A stretch of DNA of 64,000 nucleotides from a bacterium (GCA_965219955.1 OZ244799.1:3136001-3200000), one strand, 5' to 3'; positions 47,622 through 57,630 are shown, counted from the stretch's first letter. A program made the numbers and translations. The notes: a model not told the origin generated them from the sequence alone.

Positions 47622-48638
47622 TTACACGTCCAGCTTGTAGAGCTTCTTCACGTTCCCGTAGAGCATCTGTTCCTGCTCTTCCGCCGAGAAGCGCGAAAGG
47701 CCGGGAATCTCCTTCGCCCCGGCCAGATAGCCCATGTCGAAGGGATAGTCCGTACCGTAGAGAATCCTGTCCACGCCGAGCGTTTTCACGGCGAACTCGA
47801 ACGAATCCGCGTTGTGGATGATGGTGTCGTAATAAATCTTGCCGAAATACTGCTCGGGGTCCTTCGCGCCGTGCACCTTGGGCTCCCTGCGTTCGCCGTA
47901 GCCGTGCTGCCAGCGGCCCCGGATCCAGGGCACGAAGCCGCCCACGTGCGAAACCAGGAACTTGATGTTCGGGAAGCGGTCGAACACGCCGCCGAAGATG
48001 AGGCAGGCGATGGATATCGTCGTGTCCAGCGGGTTGCCGATGAAGTTTCTCAGGTAATAGTCCTTGAGCCTGTCGTTGACGCCCATGACGTCCACCGGGT
48101 GAATGAAGATCGGCACGTCGTGCTCGCACGCCTTGGCCCAGACAGCGTCGAGCGCCGGGTCGTCCAGGTTCTTGCCCGCGACGTTCGAGCCGATCTGGCA
48201 GCCAAGATGGCCGTTTTTCACCGCGCGGTCGAGTTCGGCCGCCGCGGCTTCGGGGTCCTGGAGCGGAATCTGCGCCATGCACAGGAAGCGCTCGGGATGC
48301 TCTTTCGTGAGCGCGGTGAGCGCGTCGTTCAGCGACGCGGAGAGTTCCCTGTTCAGCCCTGCGTCGAGCGCGTAGTGCGTCATGGGCGGAACGACGGAGA
48401 GAATCTGTATGTCCACGTTCTGGTTGTTGTCCATGTCGCTCAGGCGCATCTCGACGTCATAGGTTTCCTTCGGCAGCGGGTTCTTGTGAATCCGCTCCTC
48501 ACCGAGCACGGTGTTTTTCGTAACGAGTTGTTCCCAAGGGTCGCCCGCCTCGATGGTGACGGCGTCGCCGAAACGGCCCTGGCGTACGTCTTCGATGAAA
48601 CTCTCGGGAGCGATGTGGGCATGGGGGTCGATGATCAC
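47622..48638 (-). CDS. Amidohydrolase_2 (ACMSD-like), paralog A
   Basis: DPHAH, FIHP, GNPLDTT, YGTDYPFDM; AAGGAG RBS before GTG. Confidence 0.88.
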   Translation of the reverse strand: MIIDPHAHIAPESFIEDVRQGRFGDAVTIEAGDPWEQLVTKNTVLGEERIHKNPLPKETYDVEMRLSDMDNNQNVDIQILSVVPPMTHYALDAGLNRELSASLNDALTALTKEHPERFLCMAQIPLQDPEAAAAELDRAVKNGHLGCQIGSNVAGKNLDDPALDAVWAKACEHDVPIFIHPVDVMGVNDRLKDYYLRNFIGNPLDTTISIACLIFGGVFDRFPNIKFLVSHVGGFVPWIRGRWQHGYGERREPKVHGAKDPEQYFGKIYYDTIIHNADSFEFAVKTLGVDRILYGTDYPFDMGYLAGAKEIPGLSRFSAEEQEQMLYGNVKKLYKLDV

Positions 48639-48836
48639 CTGGACTTCTCCTTATCGGTACGTGGATGAGGTAAAACCTAATTTCGCTCAGAAATAGATTC
48701 TCGGAATTTTCGAGGGCCGATTATGCACACTTTGCCGCCGCCGCGCCAGAGCGCGCGGCCATCGACTCGATTGTTATAAAGCGTAAACGAGACGACGCGC
48801 ATCCCGGTCAGCGGAAGCGCTACGGTCCAAGCCTTA

Positions 48837-50069
48837 TTAAAACGCCTTGTCGATCACGATGCGCACGTTCTTCTCCCCCACTCTTACCGGCTGGGCCGTG
48901 CGGCCCTCGAGATCGCCCGCGCTTGCTGGTCCCGCCGAGCCGTCCGCGTCGAGGCGGGCCGAGAGCGAAACCATCCCCTCGAACGGGACGCCGGGGATCA
49001 TCACGTTCCGCTTCGATATCTCGAACGCCAGCGGGAAGCGGGGGCTCGCCACCCGCACGACCGCCAGCGGAGGACCTCCGCCGCCCTTGCGCGCGATCAG
49101 GAACAAGACGGGCTTGCCCCGTGCCTTGGCCTGCAAGTCGGAGGCAATCTCTATCGTGCCCGAAATCACATCTCCCGCCCCTTGCGTAGGTGCGGGCTGT
49201 TGCGCCGCTGCGCCCTTCGCCTCCTGCGAGAGAACGATCTCCACGCCGCGCGCGCCCACCTGCACCGGCCCGCGCGCGCCGCCGAAAATATCGCCCGGCT
49301 GCGTCCCGACTTTCCCGTCGGCGTCCAGCTTGGCGATGAGGCTGACCTCACCCGCGAACGCCATCCCCTGCATCATCACGTTCTGCTCGCCCATGGTGAA
49401 CTCCAGGGGAAAGCGGGGGTTGAGTATCCGCATGACCGCAAGCGGCGGGCCGGGCTGTTTCCCGCGCGCGATGATGAAAATCGCCGCTTTCCCCTTCGCT
49501 TTTTCCGCAAGGGCTGGCGCGACTCGAACCACGCCGCGAATCGTTTTGCCCCCTTCCGCCGCCGGTGGAGGCGTCTTTGGTGGCGGAGCGGGCTTCGGGG
49601 GGGATTTCTTCGCCATCTTCGGTGGAGGCGCGGTTCCGATCCGGTCGATCACCACGTCCACGTTCTTGGCTCCCACGGCGACCAGGCCCGACGCCCTCCC
49701 CTCGAAATCACCCTTGACCAGCGGCCCCGGAACGCCGTCCGCATCGAGGCGGGCGCGCACGCGGACGCGGCCTGCGAACTTCTGCCCGCGAATCATCATG
49801 TCGTCTTTCGTGATGACGTATCGGTAGGGAAAGCGCGTCTCCACCAGGCGCTGCACGGCCAGCGGCGGGCCGCCTCCCTCGCGCTCCAGAATGATGAAGA
49901 GCGTGCGCGTGCGCCACGCCTTCACGGGAAGATTCGCGCTCATCCGGATAACGCCCGAGACGGAATCTTTCGGTGGGCCGAGTTCAGGCAGCAGATCGCA
50001 GCCGCCCAGAATCAGAGAGAAACAAACCACCGCGAGGGCGGCGCAAGATTTTTCGAATATGCGCTTCAT
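48837..50069 (-). CDS. Lipoprotein with three CcmI/CycH C-terminal Ig-like repeats
   Basis: Lipobox LGG-C; three FII.R...GPPLAV.R....FP...ARLDADG....GD..G repeats with Pro/Ala linkers. Confidence 0.75.
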   Translation of the reverse strand: MKRIFEKSCAALAVVCFSLILGGCDLLPELGPPKDSVSGVIRMSANLPVKAWRTRTLFIILEREGGGPPLAVQRLVETRFPYRYVITKDDMMIRGQKFAGRVRVRARLDADGVPGPLVKGDFEGRASGLVAVGAKNVDVVIDRIGTAPPPKMAKKSPPKPAPPPKTPPPAAEGGKTIRGVVRVAPALAEKAKGKAAIFIIARGKQPGPPLAVMRILNPRFPLEFTMGEQNVMMQGMAFAGEVSLIAKLDADGKVGTQPGDIFGGARGPVQVGARGVEIVLSQEAKGAAAQQPAPTQGAGDVISGTIEIASDLQAKARGKPVLFLIARKGGGGPPLAVVRVASPRFPLAFEISKRNVMIPGVPFEGMVSLSARLDADGSAGPASAGDLEGRTAQPVRVGEKNVRIVIDKAF

Positions 50070-51001
50070 GGGCTTTCCCGTGGTGAATTCGCCCGCAGAA
50101 AGGCTTCCACCTCGCTCAGGCGGGGGAGTGCGGCCCTTCCCCCGAGGGCGGTACAGTTCATCGCGGCGACCGCGTTTGCGAAGCGCAACGTATCCTCAAG
50201 GCCCATCTTGCGCAATACGCCGTACAGGAATCCGCCATGAAACGCATCGCCCGCTCCCGTGGTGTCGAGAACGTCGACATGAAAGCCCGGCGATTCGTAA
50301 AACCGCGTCCCGTCGTATGCGAGCGCGCCGCGCGCGCCCAGGGTGACGCCCACCACCCCGGGACCCATCGCGTGGAGCATGCGCAAGGCTTCGCGGTGAT
50401 CGGAAACGCCGGTGAGCAGAACGGGAAAATCCTCCGCCGCGATCAGGTAATCCGTGAGTCCGATGAGGTCCTCGATTCCCTCGGGCGCTCGCTCGGCATC
50501 CAGGAACACGGGCGAATCCTCCTCGCGCGCCCACCGCGCGGCTGCGATTTCCGCCTCGACGTGGTGGCCATCCAGATGAAGGGCGCGGCCCGCGCGAACG
50601 ATCTCCTCGCGCACGTCTCCTGGAGCCAGAGAAACCTCACGCCGCCACAGGATCGTCCGCGAACCCTTTTCCTCCCCGTCGCCTTCCCGCTGCACGATGA
50701 TGAGGGCGAACTGGCTCGCGCGTCCTCGCTGCGTGACGACGCCTTCCACGTTCACGCCTTCCGTCTCCAGACTCGCAAGAGAAAACGCGCCCGCCTCGTC
50801 GTCGCCCACCGCGCCGATGTAGGCCGCACGCAAACCCAGGCGCGCCAGCGACGCCATGGCCGTCGCCGCCTGGCCGCCGCCTTCGCGCGCCATCTCCAGA
50901 ATGCCGCTCTTGGTATTCCGTCTCGGATATTCGCGCACGACGCAGAACTGATCCACGGAGTTCAGGCCGATTCCCACGGCGTCGAATTTTTTCTGCGGCA
51001 T
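50066..51001 (-). CDS. PfkB-family carbohydrate kinase
   Basis: GGQAATA, G.VGDD..G, VTLGARGA, DTTGAGDAFHGG. Confidence 0.92.
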   Translation of the reverse strand: MPQKKFDAVGIGLNSVDQFCVVREYPRRNTKSGILEMAREGGGQAATAMASLARLGLRAAYIGAVGDDEAGAFSLASLETEGVNVEGVVTQRGRASQFALIIVQREGDGEEKGSRTILWRREVSLAPGDVREEIVRAGRALHLDGHHVEAEIAAARWAREEDSPVFLDAERAPEGIEDLIGLTDYLIAAEDFPVLLTGVSDHREALRMLHAMGPGVVGVTLGARGALAYDGTRFYESPGFHVDVLDTTGAGDAFHGGFLYGVLRKMGLEDTLRFANAVAAMNCTALGGRAALPRLSEVEAFLRANSPRESP

Positions 51002-51018
51002 GAAAGGAAGTTTCCGCT

Positions 51019-51771
51019 TCAGATGAATTCAAGCAGGCGAACGCCTTCGGGGTCTGCGGCGTGGAGTGCTGTGCGCTCGGCATCCGTGGGTTCGGGCGTG
51101 ATGGGCGCGGACTCCAGATCGCCCGGGTCGAACCCCGTGGCCGCGCGCAAGTCATCCGGCGCGACGCCCCGGTGAATCGACTTCACCCGCAGTCGTCCCT
51201 CCGCCTTCTCGAAAATGCACAAGGGGGTCACCACCGCATCCACGTTGCCCGAAGCCGTCACGAAGTCGCAGCGCTCGGGAAAGCTCTTCGCGTCGTGAGC
51301 CGTCCGCCACAGCACGGTTCGCCTGGCCGTGGGCAGAATGTGCGCGCTGCCCGCGCCGCCCGGCAGACGCACCTTGGGCGCAGCGGGGTCCCCGATGAAG
51401 GAGAGGTTCATGTCGCCCCGCGCGTCGATTTGCGCGCCTCCCAGAAACGCGAGCCCCAGCTTGCCCCGGGCGGAGAGATCGAAAATTTCCGTGAGGGTGA
51501 AATACGAAAGCGCGCCCTCCATGAGCTGCCGCGCCACGGTGGAGCCGGGAAGAAAAGAGGGCCTGGGGTCCACGCCGCCCGGTATGTTCAGGTAGGTCAG
51601 GTTCGGCGCATGGGTGTTCCGCGCCATGACGATCGCCGCCATCGGCAGCGGCGAGGCCACGCCATGGAACACGAGTTCCCCGTCGCGAATGAATCTGGAG
51701 AGAAAAACCGCCATCCTGTCCGCAGTGGCGCGCACTTTTTCGGACGCGCCTTCGCGCAAGGCGACGCTCAT
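51019..51771 (-). CDS. Class I CoA-transferase-like beta subunit (GctB-like), catalytic Glu absent
   Basis: THAPNL, FLGGAQID..G.MN, RLPGGAG. Confidence 0.85.
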   Translation of the reverse strand: MSVALREGASEKVRATADRMAVFLSRFIRDGELVFHGVASPLPMAAIVMARNTHAPNLTYLNIPGGVDPRPSFLPGSTVARQLMEGALSYFTLTEIFDLSARGKLGLAFLGGAQIDARGDMNLSFIGDPAAPKVRLPGGAGSAHILPTARRTVLWRTAHDAKSFPERCDFVTASGNVDAVVTPLCIFEKAEGRLRVKSIHRGVAPDDLRAATGFDPGDLESAPITPEPTDAERTALHAADPEGVRLLEFI

Positions 51772-52613
51772 GCAACGTCCCCGGAGGAGACCGACGCGCT
51801 TCCCGCGTAATCGCGCTCCTCCCAGGAGTCCAGGTGAGCGCGCAGGGGTTCCGCGCCGGACGCCGAATCGAGATACGCGCCCACGGCGTCCTCGTCGATA
51901 TCGTAGAATGGATGGCATCCCCCGGGCCGGGCGCCTCCCGGCGCGTGTACGACCGCCTGCACCATGAAGGCGGGAACCGCCGTTCTGTCGGGTTTCTCCA
52001 CGAAAAACGCGGTCTCCTCGATACGCTCCGCCGTGAGAATCACCGACTCGGCCGCTCTGGACATCAATACGTCCTCGAACGCGCCGCCCTCAATCCGCGC
52101 GTTCCCCTCCGCATCGGCATACGTCACATGGAGAATGGCGAACTTCGGCCTGATTCCGGGAACCATGTAGACCGACTCGACCGTGTAGGGGTCTTTCACC
52201 TGCCGGAAACCCGTATGCGCCGCCACGTCGCTCCCCTCCAGGCCCGCCACGGGCTGGCTCGGCAGACCGTAGGCGGAGGCCCTGAGACCCGCGATGACCG
52301 TGGAGCAGGCGTGTTCGACCGCCTGCACGCGGCCTTCCTCCACGCCCCGGCGGTAGGAGGGAGCGAGACCGAAGAGGTTCTCGAAGCCCACGTAGCCCGT
52401 CTGCACCTGCGCCACGGCCCCCGCCGCACACAGCAGGTCGACGTCATAGGCGCCGGCCGTCTTCACCAGACGCAAACCCTCCCGCCGCCGGCGGGCGAGT
52501 TCCCGGACGAAGGCGGCGGGAATTCTCGTAAGCGCGTTTCCGCCCAGGGCGAGCAAATCCCCATCCTGCACCAGGGCCGCCGCTTCCGTGAGAGACATGA
52601 TTTTGCCTGCCAT
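51768..52613 (-). CDS. Class I CoA-transferase-like alpha subunit (GctA-like)
   Basis: KIMSL.EA..LV.DGD.L..GG, P.A.VREL.R, GSD, AD.EGNA, AVVHAP.GA.P. Confidence 0.85.
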   Translation of the reverse strand: MAGKIMSLTEAAALVQDGDLLALGGNALTRIPAAFVRELARRRREGLRLVKTAGAYDVDLLCAAGAVAQVQTGYVGFENLFGLAPSYRRGVEEGRVQAVEHACSTVIAGLRASAYGLPSQPVAGLEGSDVAAHTGFRQVKDPYTVESVYMVPGIRPKFAILHVTYADAEGNARIEGGAFEDVLMSRAAESVILTAERIEETAFFVEKPDRTAVPAFMVQAVVHAPGGARPGGCHPFYDIDEDAVGAYLDSASGAEPLRAHLDSWEERDYAGSASVSSGDVA

Positions 52614-52748
52614 TGATTCTTCCTCGCTTGGATAATCGCAAACCCGATTATCCCCCAGAGGCGCGCGCCCCTCAAGGCGGACGAGCCGACGCGCCCTGAA
52701 ATTCATCCATAACGGATTGAATTTCCTGAAAAACCCGATTTTATGCAT

Positions 52749-52777
52749 TTGACAAGATCATCCATCTTTCCTAGGCT
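52749..52777 (+). promoter_or_regulatory. Sigma70-type promoter of scpAB
   Basis: TTGACA-17 nt-TAGGCT. Confidence 0.6.
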
Positions 52778-52871
52778 TGTGAGCAACTTCAGGGCGATGG
52801 AGAGCCTCACCGCCCGTGGGCTCGTGAAATCGCCCGGAAAAGACCGCTCGGTCCGCCCATCCGGGGTGAGC

Positions 52872-53801
52872 ATGAATCCCCAAGAAAATACACCACCGCC
52901 AGAGGGCGTGGTTGCGCCTTCAGAGGCGACCGACTTCGCCGATCTGCCCTGGGGCAGTGACATGTCCGCGGGAAACCCCGATAACTGGGAAATCCTGGAG
53001 ACGGCGCGCACGCCCGAGTCAGGCCACACCAAGGGCCAGGAAACCGCTACCGGGGCTTCCGATGATTCCGAACGATTCAACGTCAAAATCGACGTCTTCG
53101 AAGGGCCGCTCGAACTGCTGCTCCACCTGGTGCGCGAGCACAAGCTGGACATCCACGATATTCCTGTCGCCTTCATCACGGATCAATACCTGAAATACGT
53201 GGAGCTGCTCAAAAAGCTGAACATCAACCTGGCGTCGGAATACCTCGTCATGGCCTCCTACCTGGTCTACATCAAGAGCAGAACGCTTCTGCCCCGGACC
53301 GAGGACGACGCGGAAGAGGAAGACCCCGAAGTCCTGCGCCAGGAACTCCAGCGTCAACTCATCGAGTACCAGAAATTCAAGAAAATCAGCCAGGTGTTCC
53401 GCCATGCCGAGGAGGAGCAATCCTGGCTCTATACGCGGGGCGCCGACCCTCTCCTGCTGGAGGATGACGAGGAAGAAGAAGCGCCCGAGCTGCAAGTCAC
53501 GGTGTTCGACCTCATCAGCGCCATGCAGCACCTCATCGAGTCCATCGGGGAAGAGGGCATCCATCTCGTGGACATCGATGAGCTCGAAGTCGCCGACATG
53601 AGAACAAAGCTGCTGGATACCCTCGAAGACGCAGGGAAAGAGGGTATCTTTTTTCATTCATTGTTCCAGACGAGGCGCATACTGGAAGTGGTGGCGATAT
53701 TCCTGGCGCTCCTCGAACTCATCAAGGGAAATCTCGTCGTGGCGCAACAGGCGTCCAATTTCGGTGAAATCCGAATTACAAAGGCGGTGCGTGATGAATG
53801 A
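52872..53801 (+). CDS. scpA: Segregation and condensation protein A
   Basis: FEGPLELLLHL, ITDQY, EYLVMA, IKSR.LLP, FLALLEL; start uncertain. Confidence 0.93.
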   Translation: MNPQENTPPPEGVVAPSEATDFADLPWGSDMSAGNPDNWEILETARTPESGHTKGQETATGASDDSERFNVKIDVFEGPLELLLHLVREHKLDIHDIPVAFITDQYLKYVELLKKLNINLASEYLVMASYLVYIKSRTLLPRTEDDAEEEDPEVLRQELQRQLIEYQKFKKISQVFRHAEEEQSWLYTRGADPLLLEDDEEEEAPELQVTVFDLISAMQHLIESIGEEGIHLVDIDELEVADMRTKLLDTLEDAGKEGIFFHSLFQTRRILEVVAIFLALLELIKGNLVVAQQASNFGEIRITKAVRDE

Positions 53802-54816
53802 TCCACAACCGGAAATCCAGGAAACAGCGCAGGTGGAAACCGGCGTTCCCTACGAACTCGAGGAAGATGAGGCGTCAGCCCCGGACGCCGCGGCCAGGGC
53901 TCTGGCGGAGCATCAGATGGAAGCCATGGAGGAGCCTCGCCAGCATACGCTCTTCGAGATCGATGAGTCGCAAGAGCACGCCGGGATGGCCGAAGATGCG
54001 TCCGAAGATGATGACGCCGGAGAAGTCGACAAGGACGCGCCTCTCGTCATGGACCCGGACGAGGCGAAAAAAATCATCGAATCCGTTCTCTTCGTCGCGA
54101 GCGAACCGCTCAGGCCGCGGGACATCTCTTTCCTGTTCAAGGGCGTCTCCAACGTGAACGCTAAAGTCGTCCGAAAACTCCTGGGCGAACTGGTCGAGGA
54201 ATACCGGGAAAAAACCCTGCAGATCATCGAAGTGGCCGAGGGTTTCCGCCTGTGCACGCGCGCGGAATTCTCACCCTGGGTCAAGCGGTTCCTGAAAACG
54301 GCGAAAAAAACCAAACTGTCCCAGGCGGCGCTCGAAACCCTGGCCATCCTTGCCTACAAGCAGCCCATGACCAAAGCGGAAATCGAAGAGGTCCGGCGGG
54401 TGGATTGCGGCGGCGTACTGAACACCCTGCTCGAGCGCGGCCTCATCCGCATCCTGGGACGACGCGACGTCGTGGGCCGGCCCATCGTCTACGGCACCAC
54501 GCCGCAGTTCCTGGAGCATTTCGGCTTCAAGAGCCTCTCGGACATGCCGAAGCCCGAGGAGTTCGAAATGACCGAGCGGATCGACTGGGGGCCGGCGGAA
54601 GGCCAGGAAGAGATAATCGCGCTAGAAGCCGAGGCGGAGACGCCGCCGTCGAACGGCCATGCAAACGGTCACTCGAACGGACATACGAATGGCCACGCAA
54701 ACGGCCATGCGGACGAGGGGGCCGAGCGGGATGACGCCCCGGCGCAAGCGGAGGCATCGCCATCGAACGGCCAGGCGGATAAAGACCCCGAAAAGGAGGC
54801 GGAGACCACCTCCTGA
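53794..54816 (+). CDS. scpB: Segregation and condensation protein B
   Basis: IES.LF, LSQAALETLAI.AYKQP.T, GRP..YGTT..FL..FG. Confidence 0.95.
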   Translation: MNDPQPEIQETAQVETGVPYELEEDEASAPDAAARALAEHQMEAMEEPRQHTLFEIDESQEHAGMAEDASEDDDAGEVDKDAPLVMDPDEAKKIIESVLFVASEPLRPRDISFLFKGVSNVNAKVVRKLLGELVEEYREKTLQIIEVAEGFRLCTRAEFSPWVKRFLKTAKKTKLSQAALETLAILAYKQPMTKAEIEEVRRVDCGGVLNTLLERGLIRILGRRDVVGRPIVYGTTPQFLEHFGFKSLSDMPKPEEFEMTERIDWGPAEGQEEIIALEAEAETPPSNGHANGHSNGHTNGHANGHADEGAERDDAPAQAEASPSNGQADKDPEKEAETTS

Positions 54817-54842
54817 CGAAAACCCCGGGATTCTGGTACAAC

Positions 54843-54881
54843 AAAAGGAGGAGAGCCTGGGCTTTCCTCCTTTTTCTTTTT
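54843..54881 (+). terminator. Intrinsic terminator after scpB
   Basis: AAAAGGAGGAGAGCC/GGCTTTCCTCCTTTT stem plus T-tract. Confidence 0.8.
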
Positions 54882-54923
54882 CCATGCACGGCGGGAACCG
54901 AGTCTTTCCAGGAAGGATGGAAC

Positions 54924-55868
54924 ATGCGTTTCGGAATCATGGCGACAGGGGGCGTGGGCGGCTATTTCGGCGCCATGTTGGCGAGGGGCGGCAAGGACGT
55001 CGCCTTCATCGCGCGCGGAGAACACCTCGAAGCCATGCGGAAAGAGGGACTCCGCGTGGAAAGCGTCGTGCCCGGAGAATTCAGCGTGCGTGATGGGGTG
55101 TTTACGGACTCGCCTGCGGAAGCGGGCGTCTGCGACGTCATCCTCTATTGCGTGAAAACGACCGCCGACGGCGTCGCCGTTCCCGCCATCGCGCCCATGG
55201 TCGGTCCGGACACCGCCATCATCAACCTGCAAAACGGCGTGGGGGGTGAAGAGAAACTGGCGGCCGTCTACGGTGCTGAGCGCGTGATGGGCGGGGCAGC
55301 CTACATATTCACCTCCATCGCGGGGCCGGGCCTCATCCGGCAAATCGGGGGGCCGAGGCGCATGGTTTTCGGCGAGATGGGCGGCGGCGCGAGCGGGCGC
55401 GGCGATGGGATATTCGCCGAACTGAAAGACGCTGAGATCAACGCGGTATATTCAGAAGACATCGAGGCGGAGCTTTGGACGAAGTTCATCTTCATCTGCG
55501 CGGTCGGCGGAATGACGGCGCTCACGCGCTCCACCCTCGGCGAGATCATGGCCTACGAGGGCACGCGAAACATGATGCGCGAGACGATGCGCGAGGTCTT
55601 TCTGGTGGGCCGGGCGAAGGGCGTGAACCTCCCCGAGGGGGCGGACGAGGGACGCTACCGCTTCATCGACGAGCAGAACCCGGCCAGCAAGGGCAGCCTG
55701 TGTCATGACCTCGAAGCCGGCAGACGCCTCGAGATCGACGCGCTGTGCGGAACCGTCTCGCGCATCGGGGCGGAGGTGGGCGTCGAGACGCCGTGCAACG
55801 ATTTCATCTCACACACCCTGAAACTCGCCGACCTTCAAATCGCGGGCGAGGTGAAACCTCCATCATAA
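54924..55868 (+). CDS. panE: 2-dehydropantoate 2-reductase (ketopantoate reductase family)
   Basis: GGVGGYFG, VK, LQNG, LWTKF, S...DL..GR.LEID. Confidence 0.85.
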   Translation: MRFGIMATGGVGGYFGAMLARGGKDVAFIARGEHLEAMRKEGLRVESVVPGEFSVRDGVFTDSPAEAGVCDVILYCVKTTADGVAVPAIAPMVGPDTAIINLQNGVGGEEKLAAVYGAERVMGGAAYIFTSIAGPGLIRQIGGPRRMVFGEMGGGASGRGDGIFAELKDAEINAVYSEDIEAELWTKFIFICAVGGMTALTRSTLGEIMAYEGTRNMMRETMREVFLVGRAKGVNLPEGADEGRYRFIDEQNPASKGSLCHDLEAGRRLEIDALCGTVSRIGAEVGVETPCNDFISHTLKLADLQIAGEVKPPS

Positions 55869-55964
55869 GCGCGCCGCTCTCTCATATTTCACCATCTGCC
55901 GCGACGTGGTAGTCTTGCCGGAACCCGGATTTCATTCGCAACAACACATGGAGATGCGCTTTCG

Positions 55965-56432
55965 ATGGCACGAAAATACTGGCTCATGAAGAGCGAACCG
56001 GACGCTTATTCGTTCGACGACCTCATGGCGGAGCCCGAGCAGACCGCCTGCTGGGACGGCATCCGGAACTACCAGGCCAGAAATTTCATGATGGAGATGA
56101 AGGTGGGCGACTACGTGCTCTTCTACCATTCGAACGCGAAGCCGCCCCACGTGGCGGGCACCGCCCGGGTGGCGCGGGAGTCCTACCCCGATCACACCCA
56201 GTACGACAAGAAATCCAAGTACTACGACCCGAAAGCCCCCGCCGACGCCCCGCGCTGGCAGATGGTGGATTTGCAGGCGATGGAAAAACTCCCCCGGCCC
56301 GTCTCGCTGAACGAGCTCAAGGAGAACCCCAAGCTGGCCGAAATGCGCGTCACCCAGAAAGGGCAGCGCCTGAGCGTTCAGCCCGTGACCAGAAAGGAAT
56401 TCGACGAAGTGCTGCGAATGGCGAAGAAGTAG
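55965..56432 (+). CDS. EVE domain protein
   Basis: YWLMKSEP, WDGIRNYQARNF, FYHS, YYDPK, RLSVQPV. Confidence 0.95.
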   Translation: MARKYWLMKSEPDAYSFDDLMAEPEQTACWDGIRNYQARNFMMEMKVGDYVLFYHSNAKPPHVAGTARVARESYPDHTQYDKKSKYYDPKAPADAPRWQMVDLQAMEKLPRPVSLNELKENPKLAEMRVTQKGQRLSVQPVTRKEFDEVLRMAKK

Positions 56433-56464
56433 CGTCTAAGAAAACATTTTTGAGCAGGGAATCC

Positions 56465-56899
56465 TTACTTTTTCTTGAGTCTGGCTGCGGAGTTACCCGG
56501 GCCCGCATAAAGTAAATAACGCGTACCTTTGGGCGCATCGTCCAATTCATACAGCTTTTCCCTTACGTCTAAAATCGCACACGCCTTCTCCAACTGCTCT
56601 TTATTGTGAAGTTTTCCACTTATCAATATATGAGTAATGCCATTCTCCCTGCACACAATAGGCAAGGGCGTTCCCTTTCTTCGACTACCAGAACCTCTGT
56701 CAGCAGAGATAACTATCCAACCTTCACCAGCCAGTCTCGGCACCCAGGACTCATCCCGCAAACCTTCTCCAGAATAATCAGCAATCAGGTGCGCAGTTTC
56801 TATATTTCTGGTTTTCGAGAGTTTCAATAAAGCTGAAAGCGCTCTGTAAAGGCGCGCGCCTATATTCTCATCGAAAAACAATTTGAGGGAGTTTCTCAC
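56465..56899 (-). CDS. PIN-like (VapC45-type) toxin
   Basis: FFDEN, G..DE.W....A.EGW.VIS.D; overlaps the antitoxin stop; AT-rich. Confidence 0.7.
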   Translation of the reverse strand: MRNSLKLFFDENIGARLYRALSALLKLSKTRNIETAHLIADYSGEGLRDESWVPRLAGEGWIVISADRGSGSRRKGTPLPIVCRENGITHILISGKLHNKEQLEKACAILDVREKLYELDDAPKGTRYLLYAGPGNSAARLKKK

Positions 56900-57630
56900 G
56901 CGGCTATATGGTGTGCTGTCGATGGTGTTAAGTGATCAATATATCTACAGGCAATATCCACATCTTCAGGCTCAACCTCATACATATCGGCTGCAGCTTC
57001 GATGCTTCCTTCCGTGATACTGGCTTCATACAGCGTTTGTGGTGTGATCCCACACGACTCCACTAACGGCTCACCAAATCTCTTTTCTGGATGCAAAACA
57101 ATCTTCTTGACCTTATTTTTATAAGGTCGACTAAATGCAGTATAGAACTCTACCAATCCATCGGGTTTGAATTTCAGGTCCTGCATATAAACTTCGACAA
57201 CCCGCCTCAAAGCAAATTGACCTTTAGAGTTGCCGGATACAGCAGTGTAAAAATTGTCCTCGGATTCATCCTGTTGGCGAATATAAAGGGTCTTTTGAAA
57301 CAGGTAGGCCACATGCTCACGCGCAAAAGGATGACCGATTCCGTATCTATCCTGAAACTCTTTGATGCCATCACGGATATTCTGCAGCGGAACTTTATAC
57401 TTGTAACGCAATTCCCGAACGGCCAGCATTTGAACGAAATCAAGAAATGAAATTACCCGCTCGTCTTTCAATTCCAATTCGGGAGAAAATATTTTTTCAC
57501 CCTGCTTGTTCCCGAAAAACCATCTATTGATGAGACGCGTCTGGACACGCGCATAAAATGCGGCTTCGGCGGGTGTGTAAATTCCCCTGCCAACCAACTT
57601 ACATGGAGATTCATTTCCCATAGGCGCCAC
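56896..57630 (-). CDS. HTH + DUF433 antitoxin (VapB45-like)
   Basis: GIYTPAEAA, SFLD, HPFA, P..RFGEP.V...GI, A..YEV. Confidence 0.8.
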   Translation of the reverse strand: MAPMGNESPCKLVGRGIYTPAEAAFYARVQTRLINRWFFGNKQGEKIFSPELELKDERVISFLDFVQMLAVRELRYKYKVPLQNIRDGIKEFQDRYGIGHPFAREHVAYLFQKTLYIRQQDESEDNFYTAVSGNSKGQFALRRVVEVYMQDLKFKPDGLVEFYTAFSRPYKNKVKKIVLHPEKRFGEPLVESCGITPQTLYEASITEGSIEAAADMYEVEPEDVDIACRYIDHLTPSTAHHIAA

